A DNA stretch of 64,000 bases from positions 103,912,001-103,976,000 of the forward strand of contig OX597817.1 of NCBI GenBank assembly GCA_951406725.2, in the 5' to 3' direction. Positions 25,205-38,985 of the stretch are shown piece by piece. The translations under genes and the position numbers were made by a program. Numbering within the stretch: the stretch's first letter is position 1; every line of letters begins with the position of its first letter. This DNA is from Octopus vulgaris (taxonomy: Eukaryota). The notes beneath the pieces are model-generated. The model was not told the DNA's origin. It was given only the letters and a program-made list of their open reading frames with translations, and ran no database searches.

Positions 25205-25932
25205 CTATAATAAAAACAAAAAAATTAACAAAAAACATATATATAATTAAACAGAAATTAAGTTCATCATCCTTATCATGTTCATTTTCCATGCTAGCAT
25301 GGTTTGAACACATTGTCATGGCCTGACTGAGATCTTATTTGGAGTTATTATCCTCCTACATGGGCTGGAGAACCATGTCCCACACTTAAGTTCCAGTATT
25401 AACATGGTTTCAATAGCTGGATGCCTTAACACGAGCCACTTTTTAGAATGAACATACCCAATATGTTCTATTGTGACACCAGTGCTAGAGAGGCTACCAT
25501 GTCCTTGACACATACAAATGAGTTCTCTCTACTGTACGTGGTCTCTATTTGATGGCCTGTCATTTTAGTGTATAGGCTGCATTTTATCATTTTATTAACA
25601 CTAGAGAGGTTGCCTCATTTCCTCCAAGACTGAAGAGTACTCACTACTCTTTATCTCCATTCTTTTAAAGGCAAACAAGAGCAACAGTGTAAAGAGGGGG
25701 GGAGAACTGACCTGGAGTGCGAAAAAGAAGAGAGCATGAGTATGAGTGTGGTGGAAAAGACAGATTTTAGAAAGGACAGGGAGGGGTGTAATGGAAGCGA
25801 CAGTGACAGTTACATGTTGGTTGTAGGAGGTTGAATAAAAAACATGATAAGCCACATACATGATGCGACAGTAATAAACATGTGTTGCAGTAAGAGAAAA
25901 CGTGATGGATAAAAAACAGAGATGAATAATAT

Positions 25933-26145
25933 CAGTTTCAAATTTTGGAACAAGGCCAGCATTTCAGAAGAAGGAGTAAGTCAATTAAATCAACCCTAGT
26001 GCTTAACTGGCACTTATTTCATCAACCCCGAAAGGATGAAAGGTAAAGTCAATCTCAGTGGATTTTGAACACAGAACATAAAGATGGACAAAATGCTGCT
26101 AAGCAGTATACCCAGCATGCTAACGATTTTGCCAACTCTCCACCA
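25933..26145 (-). mobile_element. SINE family B copy
   Basis: Same core as 11412-11600. Confidence 0.85.
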
Positions 26146-26402
26146 TAGAAATGGATATTATTAAGAGTGATAGATATCAACTAGGAGTCACAGGGGAGGG
26201 AGAGAATGATAGTAAATTTAAACCTTGGAGGATCCAAACAAAATCACTCCATAAAAATGAAAGAACTCCAAGAGAGGGAACATGAAATTTCATAAACCTC
26301 AAATACTAATATTTCCATTAATCTCAGATTTATCTAAACTTACAGTGAGCTAAAGAATTTATAGATCCTAAGTGAATAAAAACAGTGACAAAAACAACTC
26401 AC

Positions 26403-26539
26403 CAATACAAGAACAAATATACACATTGTAGGTATAATCAAATTTCACATATGCCATATAATAAAAGTGGCGTACACAAAATGATAACAGTCCAATGAAT
26501 AGTGCTGATAAGAATATATAGTGCTGAGTTCCAACAACC
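26403..26539 (-). CDS. PGAP3: PGAP3 coding exon 5 (137 nt)
   Basis: (R)VVGTQHYIFLSALFIGLLSFCVRHFYYMAYVKFDYTYNVYICSCI(G) contains the FDYxYN motif. Flanked by tttcag and GTGAGT; phases 2/1 fit the neighbours. Confidence 0.96.
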
Positions 26540-26994
26540 CTGAAATAAGAAAAAAAAAATATTTTTGAGAAAAATCTTTCCAAAATTTCTATATTATAAA
26601 CATTTTTTTTTACAAAAATAAGTGATTTTTCACACAAATTTACTTGTAATATAATTCTAAATGCTACTAATATGTTAGGTTAGAAGCCCCTTGATAGAAA
26701 AAGGTGGAAAGCTGCCCTTGGCACTGAACCCACACACCTTGTGTAACCCAGAGGGATATGTTAGCAATTACAGTAAAACAGCTTTACCCCTTTCACCCAT
26801 CAGATTAAATTCTTAGCAGCAAGAAAGTTTGTTTACACTTAGAATATAAACACATCAAGAAATAATTATTTGTAACTGAATCTGCTTTCTGATACATTGT
26901 TAATAAAGATGTTTTTTATTTATTTCTCGATACTTCTATGTTAACATTGTGAATGTTTTGCATGCAGATGTGTGCATAAAGTATATTATAATTA

Positions 26995-28120
26995 TTAGCA
27001 AATTTACCCATCTACGATGGAAGCATAAAATTGAGGGTGGTAAGTCATAACAGCAGTATGTATTGAGAAATGTGTAAATGGACTTGATAGATTACTGGGT
27101 GATGTCTTAGAGAAATCACATTATTGTTGGTGATACAGCATTCTATTGCAGCTATATGACATGGGTTTGCAACTAAGTGACGACATGTGATGACGATTTA
27201 CTCCTGAACTCAAATAGTCTCCCAGCCTCTGTATCATGAATGGTTATGTGGACCACTCCTAATGAAAGCCAGAGCTTCCTTCAACCACTACATAAAAAGT
27301 ATTAAGAAAAAAGACGTTATTTGGATGTACTTTTATTTTAGTTGTTTACACTATTTTACACTTGTTTATACTCTTATACATTCAAATTTCACAAATTTCC
27401 TTATTTAAATAAGGATTTGTATTCCTTTCAATAATATCAATATGATTACAAAACTTCTTTGTGGATGATATTTTCTGTTTGATAGACACTAATTTTCAAA
27501 TTACTGGAGTTCCTTGCTCTACTCATAGCAACGTGTAACTGGTCATGTGTAAACATCAGAGTGGGTAAAAATACACCTACATGATCTAAAGTCTGGCCCT
27601 GAGTCTTGTTTGCTGTGAATGCGTGAGAGGAATCTTTAGAGTTCCAAAAAAGCAAACTAAGACTTACCTCTCACTGTTCTATGCGAATAATGTCTGGATG
27701 TTCTGGTACCATGGGTTATTTTGATTGACAAAACTGAGATGTAAACAACGGCCACCTCAAACCCTGCTTGAAACTGACACACACCAATAACCACAAAAAA
27801 ATCACACGCACTTTTGCCATTTTATTTTGCTATTAACTGTCTTTGCAATCCCTTTCATATCTACGATGGGGGCCATGAACTATACAATGTAAATCCCAAG
27901 TTACTGGTCGGTGAATTTTTAATAAAAATGTGAAGGTGGTTTATCAATTCAAAAATTAATATCCATAAAATAATCATACTTTCTGATTTTTTCATACCAA
28001 AAACTTTCCTAACAACGATCTTTGTAATCCCCAAAAATATTGTAACCATTGGCCCAGCTGTTTGGCCATGAAGAGGGAACAAAGAGACAGACAGATGAAC
28101 GTAATGCCCATTATAGTAAG
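26995..28120 (-). mobile_element. Non-autonomous Helitron carrying a Pif1-helicase C-terminal fragment
   Basis: 27446-27655 gives AFTANKTQGQTLDHVGVFL..MFTHDQLHVAMSR (Pif1 motifs V/VI). 5' end A|TCTTACTATAAT at ~28120; 3' hairpin CCATC-GTA-GATGG followed by CTAA at ~26995. Confidence 0.85.
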
Positions 28121-28121
28121 A

Positions 28122-28447
28122 TAGTAAATCTGCCCAACTACGATGGGAAATAAAAGGATAGTATCAGAAATCTAAACCTTCTAAATCTACAAACTATATG
28201 GGGAGCAGATTCAGAGTTAATCCTAGTCACTGGAATTTTAACAAAAAAAAAATATAAATCAAAGGTGATTTATTAATACAAAACTCAATATCCACTAAAT
28301 AATCATACTTTTTCACATTTTTTTCATATAAAATACCTTCCAGATTACCTTCTTCGTAATCCCAAAAAGCATTGTGACCATTAGTCCAACTGTTTGACCA
28401 TGAAAAGGGAACAGACAGACATGGACATAAGGCTCATTATAGTAAGA
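28122..28447 (-). mobile_element. Second short Helitron, head-to-tail with the first
   Basis: Same 5' end (ATCTTACTATAAT) and 3' hairpin CCCA-TCGTAGT-TGGG...CTA; the body resembles 27860-28120. Confidence 0.75.
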
Positions 28448-28499
28448 TTAAAGACTTAATAATTGTGAAGTAAAATAAAGGTAAAGGTCAATGAGGAGA

Positions 28500-28830
28500 T
28501 GCGGTACCCAACAAGTTACTTTAGAAGAGCAGATGCCCTTATGAGTTGTAACAGAATGAGCAGAGTGAGGAAACAGTGTGATTGTATTTAGTTGGTGTGC
28601 GTACCAATCATTCAGATGGATTTCTTTTGGATGAGATCTAACATAATTGTGTATGTTCAACTATCTCTCATCCTACGTCAAGGCTATCAGCCTCTCTTCA
28701 CCTCTCTCCAAAGTCATCATCCTTGGTGACTTCAATCCAAACTCTTGCCACAATGCTGCTAAGGTGCAGAAGTCAAATCTTTTTACAATCCTGAAACCTC
28801 TACAACAATTAGTATCATTACTCTGACCAA
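28500..28830 (+). mobile_element. LINE APE-endonuclease fragment (CR1-like)
   Basis: AAAGTCATCATCCTTGGTGACTTCAAT translates as KVIILGDFN; surrounding sequence is decayed. Confidence 0.45.
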
Positions 28831-28869
28831 TACATTGTCATACATCATACGCTTGCAGCACATTGATGG

Positions 28870-29335
28870 CACTACAACAAAAGTCTTCCCAATTAAGCGC
28901 AAGTTCTCCAGTTGCCTTGCCATTCTTGTCCAACCAGTTTTTGATATTGTCCATCCATTGCATTCTTTGCCTGCCTCTTGATTTACTGCTCTCTACTCTT
29001 CCGTGATGTTTTTCCAAACTTCTGCTTCTTCGAATATGACCATAATAGACAAGCTTTATTTTTTCTTAATGTTCAGGAGTTGCTGTCTTTCACCCATATT
29101 TTGTAACACCCATTCATTTGTCCAGTGATCCTTGTAAGAAACTCGTAACATTCTCCTCTACACCAACATTTCATACACATTGATTATGTTCTCTTCAGAT
29201 TTGTTTAGAGGCCATGCTTCACAACCATAAATGCCTATTGGCCAAATGGGTGTTTGCTCTAGCCTTGTTCTAATTTAGGACACCTTTGCTGGTTCAAATG
29301 TTAAGCTTTTCCATGGATATTCTTGCCATGGCTTA
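28870..29335 (-). mobile_element. RTE/BovB-like LINE 3' fragment
   Basis: Minus strand gives IYGCEAWPL, VYRRMLRVSYKDHWTNEWVL, LVYYGHIRR and RGRQRMQWMDNIKNW. Confidence 0.8.
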
Positions 29336-30959
29336 GTTACCTATACACTCTCTCTCTCTCTACTTGATGCCACAGTTATCAACCCATGCAACGACATCAC
29401 TTTTCATGCCTCTTGAACCTTCTATGCACATACAACATATACACTTCACACAAAACCTTTACTACCTCCAAGAAGAGCAGAATTATCTAGTCTCTTTAAA
29501 TAACACAAATAATATTTAAATAAGTAGTGTCTAGCATAAAGTATGTGATTGTTCGTGTGGATGACTATGGAAAGATTATCAATGAGTGAAGAATGATTTC
29601 TAGATGTGGGAGTGAACAGGTTAATGTATGACAAGAAAATTATATTCTCAATAATAGATGACTAATGAAGAGTGGGTAGGTAATTTTATTTGTTGGTTCT
29701 CATGCCAAGTATGTTGAAAGGATTGTTGATGTCACTAGCAATAGCACGGCTTTGATTAAAATTCATCAGTTGACAAACCCAATGTTTGAATGTTGGAGCT
29801 GATGCCACTTAACATCAGATCACCCCCCCCCCCAATCCAGTAAACCTGAATTGAGGATCGTCCAACCATGACCATCCCTATTTTAATTCAAACATAATAT
29901 TTTGAGGACTATTTTGTGTATATCCTTCCAGTAAGGAGTGTTTTAGAGGAGAAATGTTTATTATTTCTAGCAGGACAAGTAACCATGCATAGACTATTAA
30001 CCTACTTAAAAGTAAGTTACTTGTAAGTAAGAAAGGAACTGTGCAGAGAATAGAGTTGTCAGGATTAGCTGTATCATTTCTTACTGTTGCTTCAGGAAGA
30101 TGACGATGTTTATTGGTTTAATGGCATAGATATATGTAAAGACACAAAGAATCTGAATTCCTTTCTAAACAGGTTTGTTGTTTTGTGAAAGTTTTATCAG
30201 AAAAGAAAAGCACGTCATTTGTTTCATTGCCCTACTGTTTGTGTAACCATATCAATTTTGTATCGCTTTTTAAGGCTGCTGAACTGCTCAATTGTAACTT
30301 TCATTTCTTTCATTGTGAATGTTTGTCTTTTTTTTTTTTAAGTCTGCAATTTAGAATCTGCTCTTTTCATGCATAAATTTTTTTAGAATTCACTCTTTTG
30401 ATGCAGTATTGCCTTTGCAAATACATATGTCATTGGGTTGTCCTCACTATTACACATTTCATTGTGCTTCCTTTTCAGAAATTCGTTTATGATTTCATTT
30501 TTTTTTTCTTGTTTTTTATTTTTAAATATCACTTAACTAAGCTAAGGCAAGTTCTTTGCCATTTGATATATGAAATCATTGAGTTTTACTTCTTTAGGAC
30601 CAGTTCTGCTCTCCAAACTAAGTGGAAAGCTTTCTTATCAGTCAGTGAAGAAAAGATTCAACACAATAAAGAAAATTGTTAATAGTGAAGAGAGTAACAG
30701 AAGAGACAGTGTTGAGGGTTAAAAATGGGTAAGGGAGGGAGAACAAAATAATGTCAGGGTTGAGTGAGAAAGAGTATGGTCAAGAGGAGTGCATGAAAGA
30801 GATACCGAAAATGGTCAGTGGAAATAAGAAAGGTGGAGGTGTTGTGGACCAGAGGAAGGGAGATAAGAGAAGGTGAGGCTGTGAAGAGAGGACAGCAAGA
30901 GATAGAGAAGCAGGAGTGCATGATACAGGAAGGGAGTGAGAGAACAGGCAATAAATGCA

Positions 30960-31385
30960 ACAAGAGTATCCCAGCCTTCAGTACAAATGATTCTAGTGTT
31001 CTTTCAGCCGTGTTTCCTTTTTATGCAGCAGTCAACATTCATACATATAGTATACACATAACAACACCATCTTCTCTCTTGCCATTTAAATCCACTTCCT
31101 CTTATTCACAGCTTTTCTTTCAGGTCATCTGTATGCCATCGTTGCATGTACAATAACATTACATATCCAGCAAAGCATGTTCACTTTCTTTTTTTAGTTT
31201 CCATAAATCTGCTGTGTTCAAGGCCCATATAATATCACACTTTCGAAGATCAGTGGGATTAAAAATCCTTTACTTGAAAAGCAGGTAACAGCTAACAATA
31301 AGAGCTCTCAGCTGTAAAATACCACCTCAAAATAGTCCTATCTAACCCATGCTAGCATGGAAAAATGGACATTACAATGAATGAA
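30960..31385. mobile_element. Short RTE-derived fragments (ORF piece on minus, tail piece on plus)
   Basis: 31040-31240 resembles the MLxWMCNV region; 31345-31380 (AACCCATGCTAGCATGGAAAAATGGAC) is the RTE tail. Confidence 0.55.
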
Positions 31386-32111
31386 TGAAACTAACACACT
31401 ATATTTACTTATGTATGTAACAAAACACTTAGATCAAAATTGGCACGTTAGTATTATACCCAAGTACAGAAAAAGTTGAAAGAATAAAATTAGTGACTTT
31501 GAAAAAGAAAATGGGGAGGCAGAATTATATTGAAGATCACATCATACTTCAAATATGGTATATATTCTTAAAGACAGGTCTTCTTTCTAACAAAAAATCA
31601 TGGACACGTAGACTGGTCTATAATCTTATAAAAGTTAATCACAGTTCTTAAAGGGCAGATTTCCTTATCTAACAAGATGCTTTCCTTTTATTCCTCTACC
31701 TGAAGTGATCAATAATTTTATAGAAAATATATAACCAATTGACTGAAACCCAGGCAACAGTAGATCAATAAACTGGATAATAAAAAGCATTTAGTCAGTC
31801 AACTGAGAGCGATTACACTAAACTATAATGATTGCTTAAAAGTTTTTGTCTCTATGATGTCACATTTGACATGACTTTCTCCTTGATTTATTTAAGTAAA
31901 TGCAATAAAATATTCTGAACTATATAAATTTCTGGGTTGCTTTTTTTTAGTAGACTTTTCCATAACTGTTTTTGTTCTTAGTTGCAACTGTGTCATATAG
32001 TAATATATTTTATCCAGATACAAACTTCTGAATAAAATAACAAAGAATATCCAGTGCAAGCTGACCATTCACCAACCATGAGATTACAAATACAAACAAA
32101 TTGGTACTTAC

Positions 32112-32173
32112 CGACAGAAGAAGAGAAACAAGTTGTAAAGAATTAAAGAGAATGCACAGAAATAATCCATCAT
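32112..32173 (-). CDS. PGAP3: PGAP3 coding exon 4 (62 nt)
   Basis: MMDYFCAFSLILYNLFLFFC(R) contains the conserved DYF aspartate. Flanked by ccttcag and GTAAGT. Confidence 0.96.
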
Positions 32174-32308
32174 CTGAAGGAAAATATAAAAATATTAAAT
32201 TAAGTTTATAACACTAAAACATATTCAAGAACAAACACTTGCATCAAAAGCATTCTCAAAACATTTCATGATAAAATATTTCTTTATTTGCTTTGCATGA
32301 ACCAGCTA

Positions 32309-35069
32309 TTAGGTTGTCACACATGAAATGTCATATCTGAAACGTAACAATAAAATGTTTCAGAAGTATTAAAGAACTGATTTATTTAATCAAAGTATGA
32401 TCCATGTTCATTTATAACCTTTATCCAACGTTTCTCAAAGTCATATATTCCATCTTTAAAAAAAGTTTATCTTTTGCTGTGATAAACTGTCCAAATGCTT
32501 GAGTTACCTCTTCTCTATTTAAGAATGTTTTATTGCATATGAAAAGCTCAAAATGCTTAAATAAGTGATCATCAGTAGGAGAGATATCGGGGGAATAGGG
32601 AGGATGTTGCAAAATCTCATAATTCAGGCTTTGCAACTTTTGGACTGTAGCTTGAGGAGTGTGAGGACGTGCATTGTCATGGAGCAAAATTGGGCCATCA
32701 CTATTTACTAGTCTGGGTTGCTTCATTTTCAAATTCTCATACATACAATCAATTTCTTGGCAATATGATGTTGCTGTTACTGTTTTTCCTTGTTGCAAAA
32801 ATGAATAACAAATAACTCCCTTTGCAGACCACCATACAGTGACCACTAACTTTTTAGAATGCAATGGTGGTTTTGGGTAGTGTTTAGGTGACTCTCCTGC
32901 ATCTAATCACTGTTCTGTTCCCCTGCTGTTGTGAAAGAGTGACCATTTTTCATCACATGTAATGATTCGATGCAAAAATGGTTCTTTTTCCAGTCGAGAA
33001 AGCAATAAGGAGCACACTTTGAGGCACCTGTTTTTTTTTAATCTCATTTAGTTGATACGAAACAAACCTATCCATTTTCTTGACTTTTCCAATTTTTTTC
33101 AGGTGTTGAGAAACAGTTGTGCGAGATGTTTAGAGTTCTGATGAAAGTTTTCAGACCATTCTCAGATTTTATTCAACCAAAGTATTTAATCCATCATGCC
33201 AAGTAACTGATTTTGGCCTCTCCCCTTGGTTCACTTTCAAGACTATCATCTCCTGAACGAGATCTTTGGAGCCATCTCTGAACAGTTCTGATGTCAACAA
33301 AACTATCACCATAGGCCTGCTTGATATTCTGTAGAGCTTCTGCAGCAGAGTGACCCAGTTTGTACTCATACAAGGAAATCACACAACATTGTTTGGTTGT
33401 TATCATTTTCATAAGGTCTGTGGGTACCAATATTGTTTGGAAAGAAAAAGAGTCAAGATTAAATGCAAGGGTATACATAATTGAGTTTTTAAATGACTGA
33501 AATAACGAGTACCATAAAAATCCATGCAATTTACATAATTTTTTTTCACAAAAACAAAAATAAACTTTAGTGGGTGTGTAAATTATATGATTGTATCCGG
33601 AATTTTTTAGAAATATTATTTTGTTGAAAAATGACATACAAATGTAAGGGAAGTTGACTCATTTAACATCAGAATAGGTTTTTACAGAAAAAATATAATG
33701 AAGTTTACTTTTATTTATGCTGGACAGTATAATGCTTACTTTTTCTGTATAAATTTACTAAAACCATTAAATAGTTAACAACTTTTTGAAGTTTGATGTT
33801 CATGCTAGTAATCACGGTCTGGGCCATATTTTACATTGCTTGGAGTTTCTACTTATTGCAATTTCCTTAAGTAGATCAGTTTTTCTTCACCTATGAAGTT
33901 TAGCTTGTGTTTGCCTCCACGATGCTATTGCTCACTTTCTCCATGTTAGGACAATGAAATTCATCACCAGCCACATTGCCACTACCAGCTCTTACTGCAC
34001 CTAATGCCAATGACATCATAATTCATCCTTGCACATGTAAACTAAGTGAATATGACTTAGTGTTCCTACAGAAACCTTCATTTATCTTTTATGACATTTA
34101 ATGTCGTTTCACATTCATGTTGAATTATGCAGCAATCTTATGTTTTCTTCATAGAACACTTGTGATGTATGTATTACCAGTTCTTTTGGTATAGTAGATT
34201 TTTGCTATTCTTGTTTATGTCTCCCCACAGACATGTATATTCTAACAATTCACTTCTTAAGTTTTGCATCTCTCTTGTTCAATAAACACTGAGTTAAACT
34301 TACAAAGCTGTTTATTTTCTCCTTTCAATTTTAAGTTTTATTTTAGCAGGTTACCAAACTATCAGTTTGGTCTCCTGGCTAAAACAGTAATGACAAATTT
34401 TTAAGTTTGCTTGACACCTTTATAAGTGTGAAAGGGATGATTCAAATTTTGATATTCTATATCAAAGATTCCAACAAGAATAAGCAAAAAATCAGAGCTT
34501 GAGACAAGAAGACACTTTCAACCAATTAGAATTCTGTTTACATAATCAGTTTGATCAGTCACCTATCTCTGTCAATTGAGTAAAGTGTCATCTAAGCTGA
34601 TGTTTATTAGTAATTAAACTTATTTTGCAACACTAGTGCATATTTATCAGCTTTGTTTTTGTTGACAAGAATTATCAACAACTTTTCCTGTGATCATGAT
34701 TTAAGAAGACAGAACACTCTTGTGGACAAGAAATGCAAAGTAAAGTTTATTATAAACAACACAAACACTTTGTAATTTAATAGCTTTCAATGTGATACCT
34801 GTTAAACAGAAATTATTTTTATTTAATGAAAATTTAATAAAATCTAATCATAAATAAGTGAAATTATGCTAAATACAACTAAATTGAAAACCTTTTCCTC
34901 CTGGCCATATCCGCAATTCTGAAAACTTCTGGATGCAAATTTTACATGAGGAGAAGCTTTTTTCTAACAATTTTAATACTGAAAATCATCTGTGTAAATT
35001 ACACAGGTGCGCAAATTACATGAGTTTTACTGTAACTAAAAATGCGATATTTCATGTGTAACAACCTAA
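32309..35069 (-). mobile_element. mariner (DD34D) element with both TIRs and TA target duplications; transposase 32421-33413 disrupted
   Basis: Left end TA|TTAGGTTGTCACACATGAAATGTC and right end GATATTTCATGTGTAACAACCTAA|TA are inverted. The protein has the YEYKLGHSAAEA..TVQRW HTH, IITCDEK, LLHDNARPH and HPPYSPDISPTD. Confidence 0.93.
33509..35034. mobile_element. ~1.5-kb insert (pogo-like ends) nested in the mariner 5' region
   Basis: TACCATAAAAATCCATGCAATTTACA at the left and the reverse complement of TGCGCAAATTACATGAGTTTTACTGTA at the right form imperfect inverted ends. The insert separates the mariner TIR from its ORF. Confidence 0.5.
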
Positions 35070-37299
35070 TAGATACTAAAACAGTATTTTATATTTTAAA
35101 AATCAATTTTTTTCTATTAGATAAAGTAGCTATCCTGGCACTAATGACAACCCCATGGTATTCAGCCTGAAGCCATGATAAAATATTTAGATGGAGAATA
35201 AAACTAATTCTAAAATCCTTGTCAAACCTTTTGATACAAAGCCATATGAGACCAACTCTGGTTCTGTGACACAAAACTTGCTTTAAAGTAAAATTATGTT
35301 CTAAATACTAACTCAATAAAGATATTTCACTAAGTCCCTCCTTATTCTTGATTATTTTCAAAATTAGCTGAAACATATAGACAGTGTAGTTCATAGTCAT
35401 GAAAAAACTAAACTCTAAAAACTTGAATTAGCCTTGCTGTACAGAACAGCTTTAATAAAAACTGTGTCAGATGCAAGCAAAGGTTCAAAAATATCTTACA
35501 TGATAAAACTGGCCAAAACAAGGGATGAGGCAACTTGAGATGAGTATACAATTGTAACAAAAGAGACAATGAATAAAAGCAAAGGAAAGGGAAAATAAAT
35601 CAAGAAACTCAAAGTGAACACAAGCCTTACATCAGTGTATCATTACAGAAACCAAAGTAACAACAACCTGAAGTCTCGATACCCTCAACATACCAATGAA
35701 AGTCAAACAGACAAGATGGAGATATATATATATATATCAGTAGCAATGCTCATCAGTATGCAAAGCAAAAATTGAGGTGGCAATTCCAGCTATCAGTAAA
35801 TATCTCAATAAATACTAGGTCAAAATGATCAAAACAGGTGCAAAGCTTAAATACAATAATATTCAGCATCTAATTTGAAGTAACAACAAAGGCCTTACTC
35901 AAAATATCAAGATTAATCTTGTAAGAATATAATGTCAGTGGGAAAGGATTGACTAAAAAATACATTAAAATTTCAAGCTGCCTTTCACCAAAAATTGTAT
36001 GAGTTCCATCCAGATGCAGTTTGTGTGTTTGTCAATAGTAGGAATGTCAATAAGAAAAGCTCCAATGAAGAAAAGAAAATTACCCCAAAGATAGCTCAGA
36101 GGACACCAACAACACTATAAAAGGGAGCCAGCCTTTGTCTTCTGTTATAATTCCATTCACATGTTACTAAAGCTCAGTATCTTATTTATATAAAACAGAA
36201 AGCTGATAGCCTAAGTTGACCTGTATTAAACTCGGAACTTAAAGGGACATAACTGCAAGCATCGTGTCCAACATTCTGTTAATACACTGCTAAGATGAAC
36301 TGATTAAGGACAGGACATGCCAATATGTAATGCAAAGAAGAAACAGTGAGAGAAAATAATAAAATGTAAAGAAAAATAATTTTAAAAAGATTTACAAAGG
36401 AACTGTGAAGACAAAGTTGATAGGAAAAGGAAATAAGAGATGATATAAGAATGATACAGCTGGAAGAAAGTAGCAATGGGACCACTTAATCAAAGTAAAG
36501 TATATGTACAAATATACTTATTTAGATACACAAAAGTATACCAATACAAAAGTACACAGAAATAAGAACTGAATGGAGGTAGGAGGAAAAAAATCAGTAC
36601 CGGAAACAGGCATGTCAATAAAAATTATAGACTGTATAGGTATAGCTACATCTATATATATACCAACAAACACATATACATGTGTATACAAGCATCTCGG
36701 CATACACACCATGTTTGCAGCACAAATAAGATTTGAAAAATGAATTAATAGAAAACAATTACTGCTTGATGTCACTAGTAATCTTATTGGGGCATATGGT
36801 TAAGCATGCTTTTAATGCTAAAAGATTAATTAGGCAATTTACCTCTACACACTAGACCTATTAAATATTCTCTCCTCTATCTATTTTAAATCTAAATTAG
36901 TATACAGCGTAAACAAACCTCACACATGCTTCATCCTGACTACTTTCATATCCCTTAGTATTCCCCAAAATTTTATGCTAGGCCTAATGCTCCACAATAA
37001 ATTAACACTGGTATTTCTGTATATGGTTTTACAATATCCAACAAAAAACTACTCTAATAACACTTAGTGCTTTCTATTTGTACTTTTCTTTGCTCCATCT
37101 ACAAAGCAACTTTTATAAGAGACCTTTTAACAATTTTTTTTATGTCTTTGGTCAGTAAGTGTTATTTCCTATTTGCTTCTAACAGGAAATCGAAGGAAAT
37201 AATAATGAAATTATTGTATACAGTGCTCAGGTGCACCACAACTTGTCAAAAGTGCGTATAAAGCATATGCAGTAATGTACAAATATCTGGGAAGTGAAC

Positions 37300-37750
37300 A
37301 GTGTATGAGTCAGATACATGCTTGCGTATTTATGGAGGGGGGAAAAATCAGGTGTAGTGTTGGCGAATCTCAGGAAGCATGGAAGTTTTGAAGGATGCAG
37401 TGCTCCGACAGCGCTAACAACTGATGCCGGCAGTCTGTTCCATGCTTCAGCAACTCTTAGCGTGAAAAAATGTTTCCAAAAGTCATGGGAGCTGTGCTGT
37501 TTTCTGACTTTGTAAACATGTCCACCAGTGTTAGACAGGTGGAGTTTGAAAAGGTCCTCAGAGTTATTGTTTGTAAGATGGTTAATAATTTTATGGGTGT
37601 CTGCCAAGTCAGCTGCCAGACATCGGAGTTTCAATGTGTCCATGCCCAGGGAAGTACTGGAAACGACTATTATTCTTTTCAAACTTTGCTTTTGTGATCT
37701 GGACATCAATGTTTTGAAACTCACCTATTCTCCATTACATTTCAGACAGA
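37300..37750 (-). mobile_element. CR1/L2-like LINE 3' end
   Basis: LKLRCLAADLADTHKIINH...TGGHVYKV...KHFFTLRVAEAWNRLPASVV is the typical CR1 ORF2 C-terminus. Confidence 0.85.
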
Positions 37751-38179
37751 TTCGGTACAGAGTTGCTGAAGCAGAAATATTGTTATAGCAAATATTATGC
37801 TCAATACCACAGATTTGCTTGTCAGCTACTTGACCGTAACCACTTGAGCATGTCCCTTATTGGCTGATGATATGTGCACCTCTGACTATGAGCAGGAGTA
37901 GTGGGGAGCATCATAGCCATGTGTTGAAAGGGATTCTTTGGGATTTGAATAAATGTAACAAAAGCAAAGTTTGAAGAAAATATTAGCCATTTTTCATACT
38001 TTCTACAGGTAAGCAAATAGGAAAAAACAGTTGCTACCCAAGGACAAAAATCATGTTACACAGTGTAACGAAGATGCAGTTATTTGATCAACTGAACATG
38101 CCCTTGAATTAACATATCAATGGTTGAGCAGACAAAAATAATAATGACACTTATGAAAAACAAAATAATAATAATAATA

Positions 38180-38445
38180 ATCCTTTCTACAATAGGCACA
38201 AGGCCTGGAATTTGACGCGGGGATGGTTGGTCACATCGACCCCACTACTTGACTGGTACTTAACTTATTGATCCTGAAAGGATGAAAGGCAAAGTCAACC
38301 TTAGTAGAATTAGAATGCAGAACATAAAGATGAACAAAATATTGCTAAGCATTTCGCCCAACATGCTAACGATTCTGCTAAATAATAATGTTGGAAGGGG
38401 GCTGGTGGACCTGGAAGGATGAAAGACAAAAGTTGACCTCAGCAG
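38180..38445 (-). mobile_element. SINE family B copy plus adjacent fragment
   Basis: GAAAGGATGAAAGGCAAAGTCAACC core and (AAT)n tail on the plus reading. Confidence 0.85.
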
Positions 38446-38985
38446 AAAACATTTTGTCTATTACATCAATGAATATCACTTACATCATCATCATATTTTT
38501 GTAATCACTGTAATGTTTCCTCCAAATGTAAGCAACACGAAATACAGGTCTGTCACACACTGAGAAAAAAGTGCATGACTTAATGCCAAGCTGTCAAAGT
38601 GCCATTCCAATACAATCAACCATACAAATTGCTCACCTTTCACATGGAATTAATTATGTGCAATGTGGTTCGAAATGGAATAGTACAGAAACAATTGTAA
38701 CTAATAATAAAGTTGTGCTATATCAATTCTTTATCTTCTTATATATTCACACAGTCTAACAAAGGTGAGTAAGCTGAAACTTTAAGTCACTGTCAACCTT
38801 GTAAAAGCTGAATAAACACATACTTTATTAAAAAGAATTGAGTAATCCATGTTAAACTGATTTTATAAAGAACTTGATATAAAAACAAATATAATAGACA
38901 TGTGTGTGTGTATTTATGATGGCAATAATCAGAATAACAATATAAAGAATTCCAAATGAAAATATCTTGTAAAGAAAATAAATAC

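Noticed and set aside
29735-29775. Minus-strand CAA-CTGATGA-ATTTTAAT-CAAAGCCGTGCTA-TTG hammerhead-like string
   Set aside because: The essential GAAA box reads CAAA and stem I is only 3 bp; likely chance.
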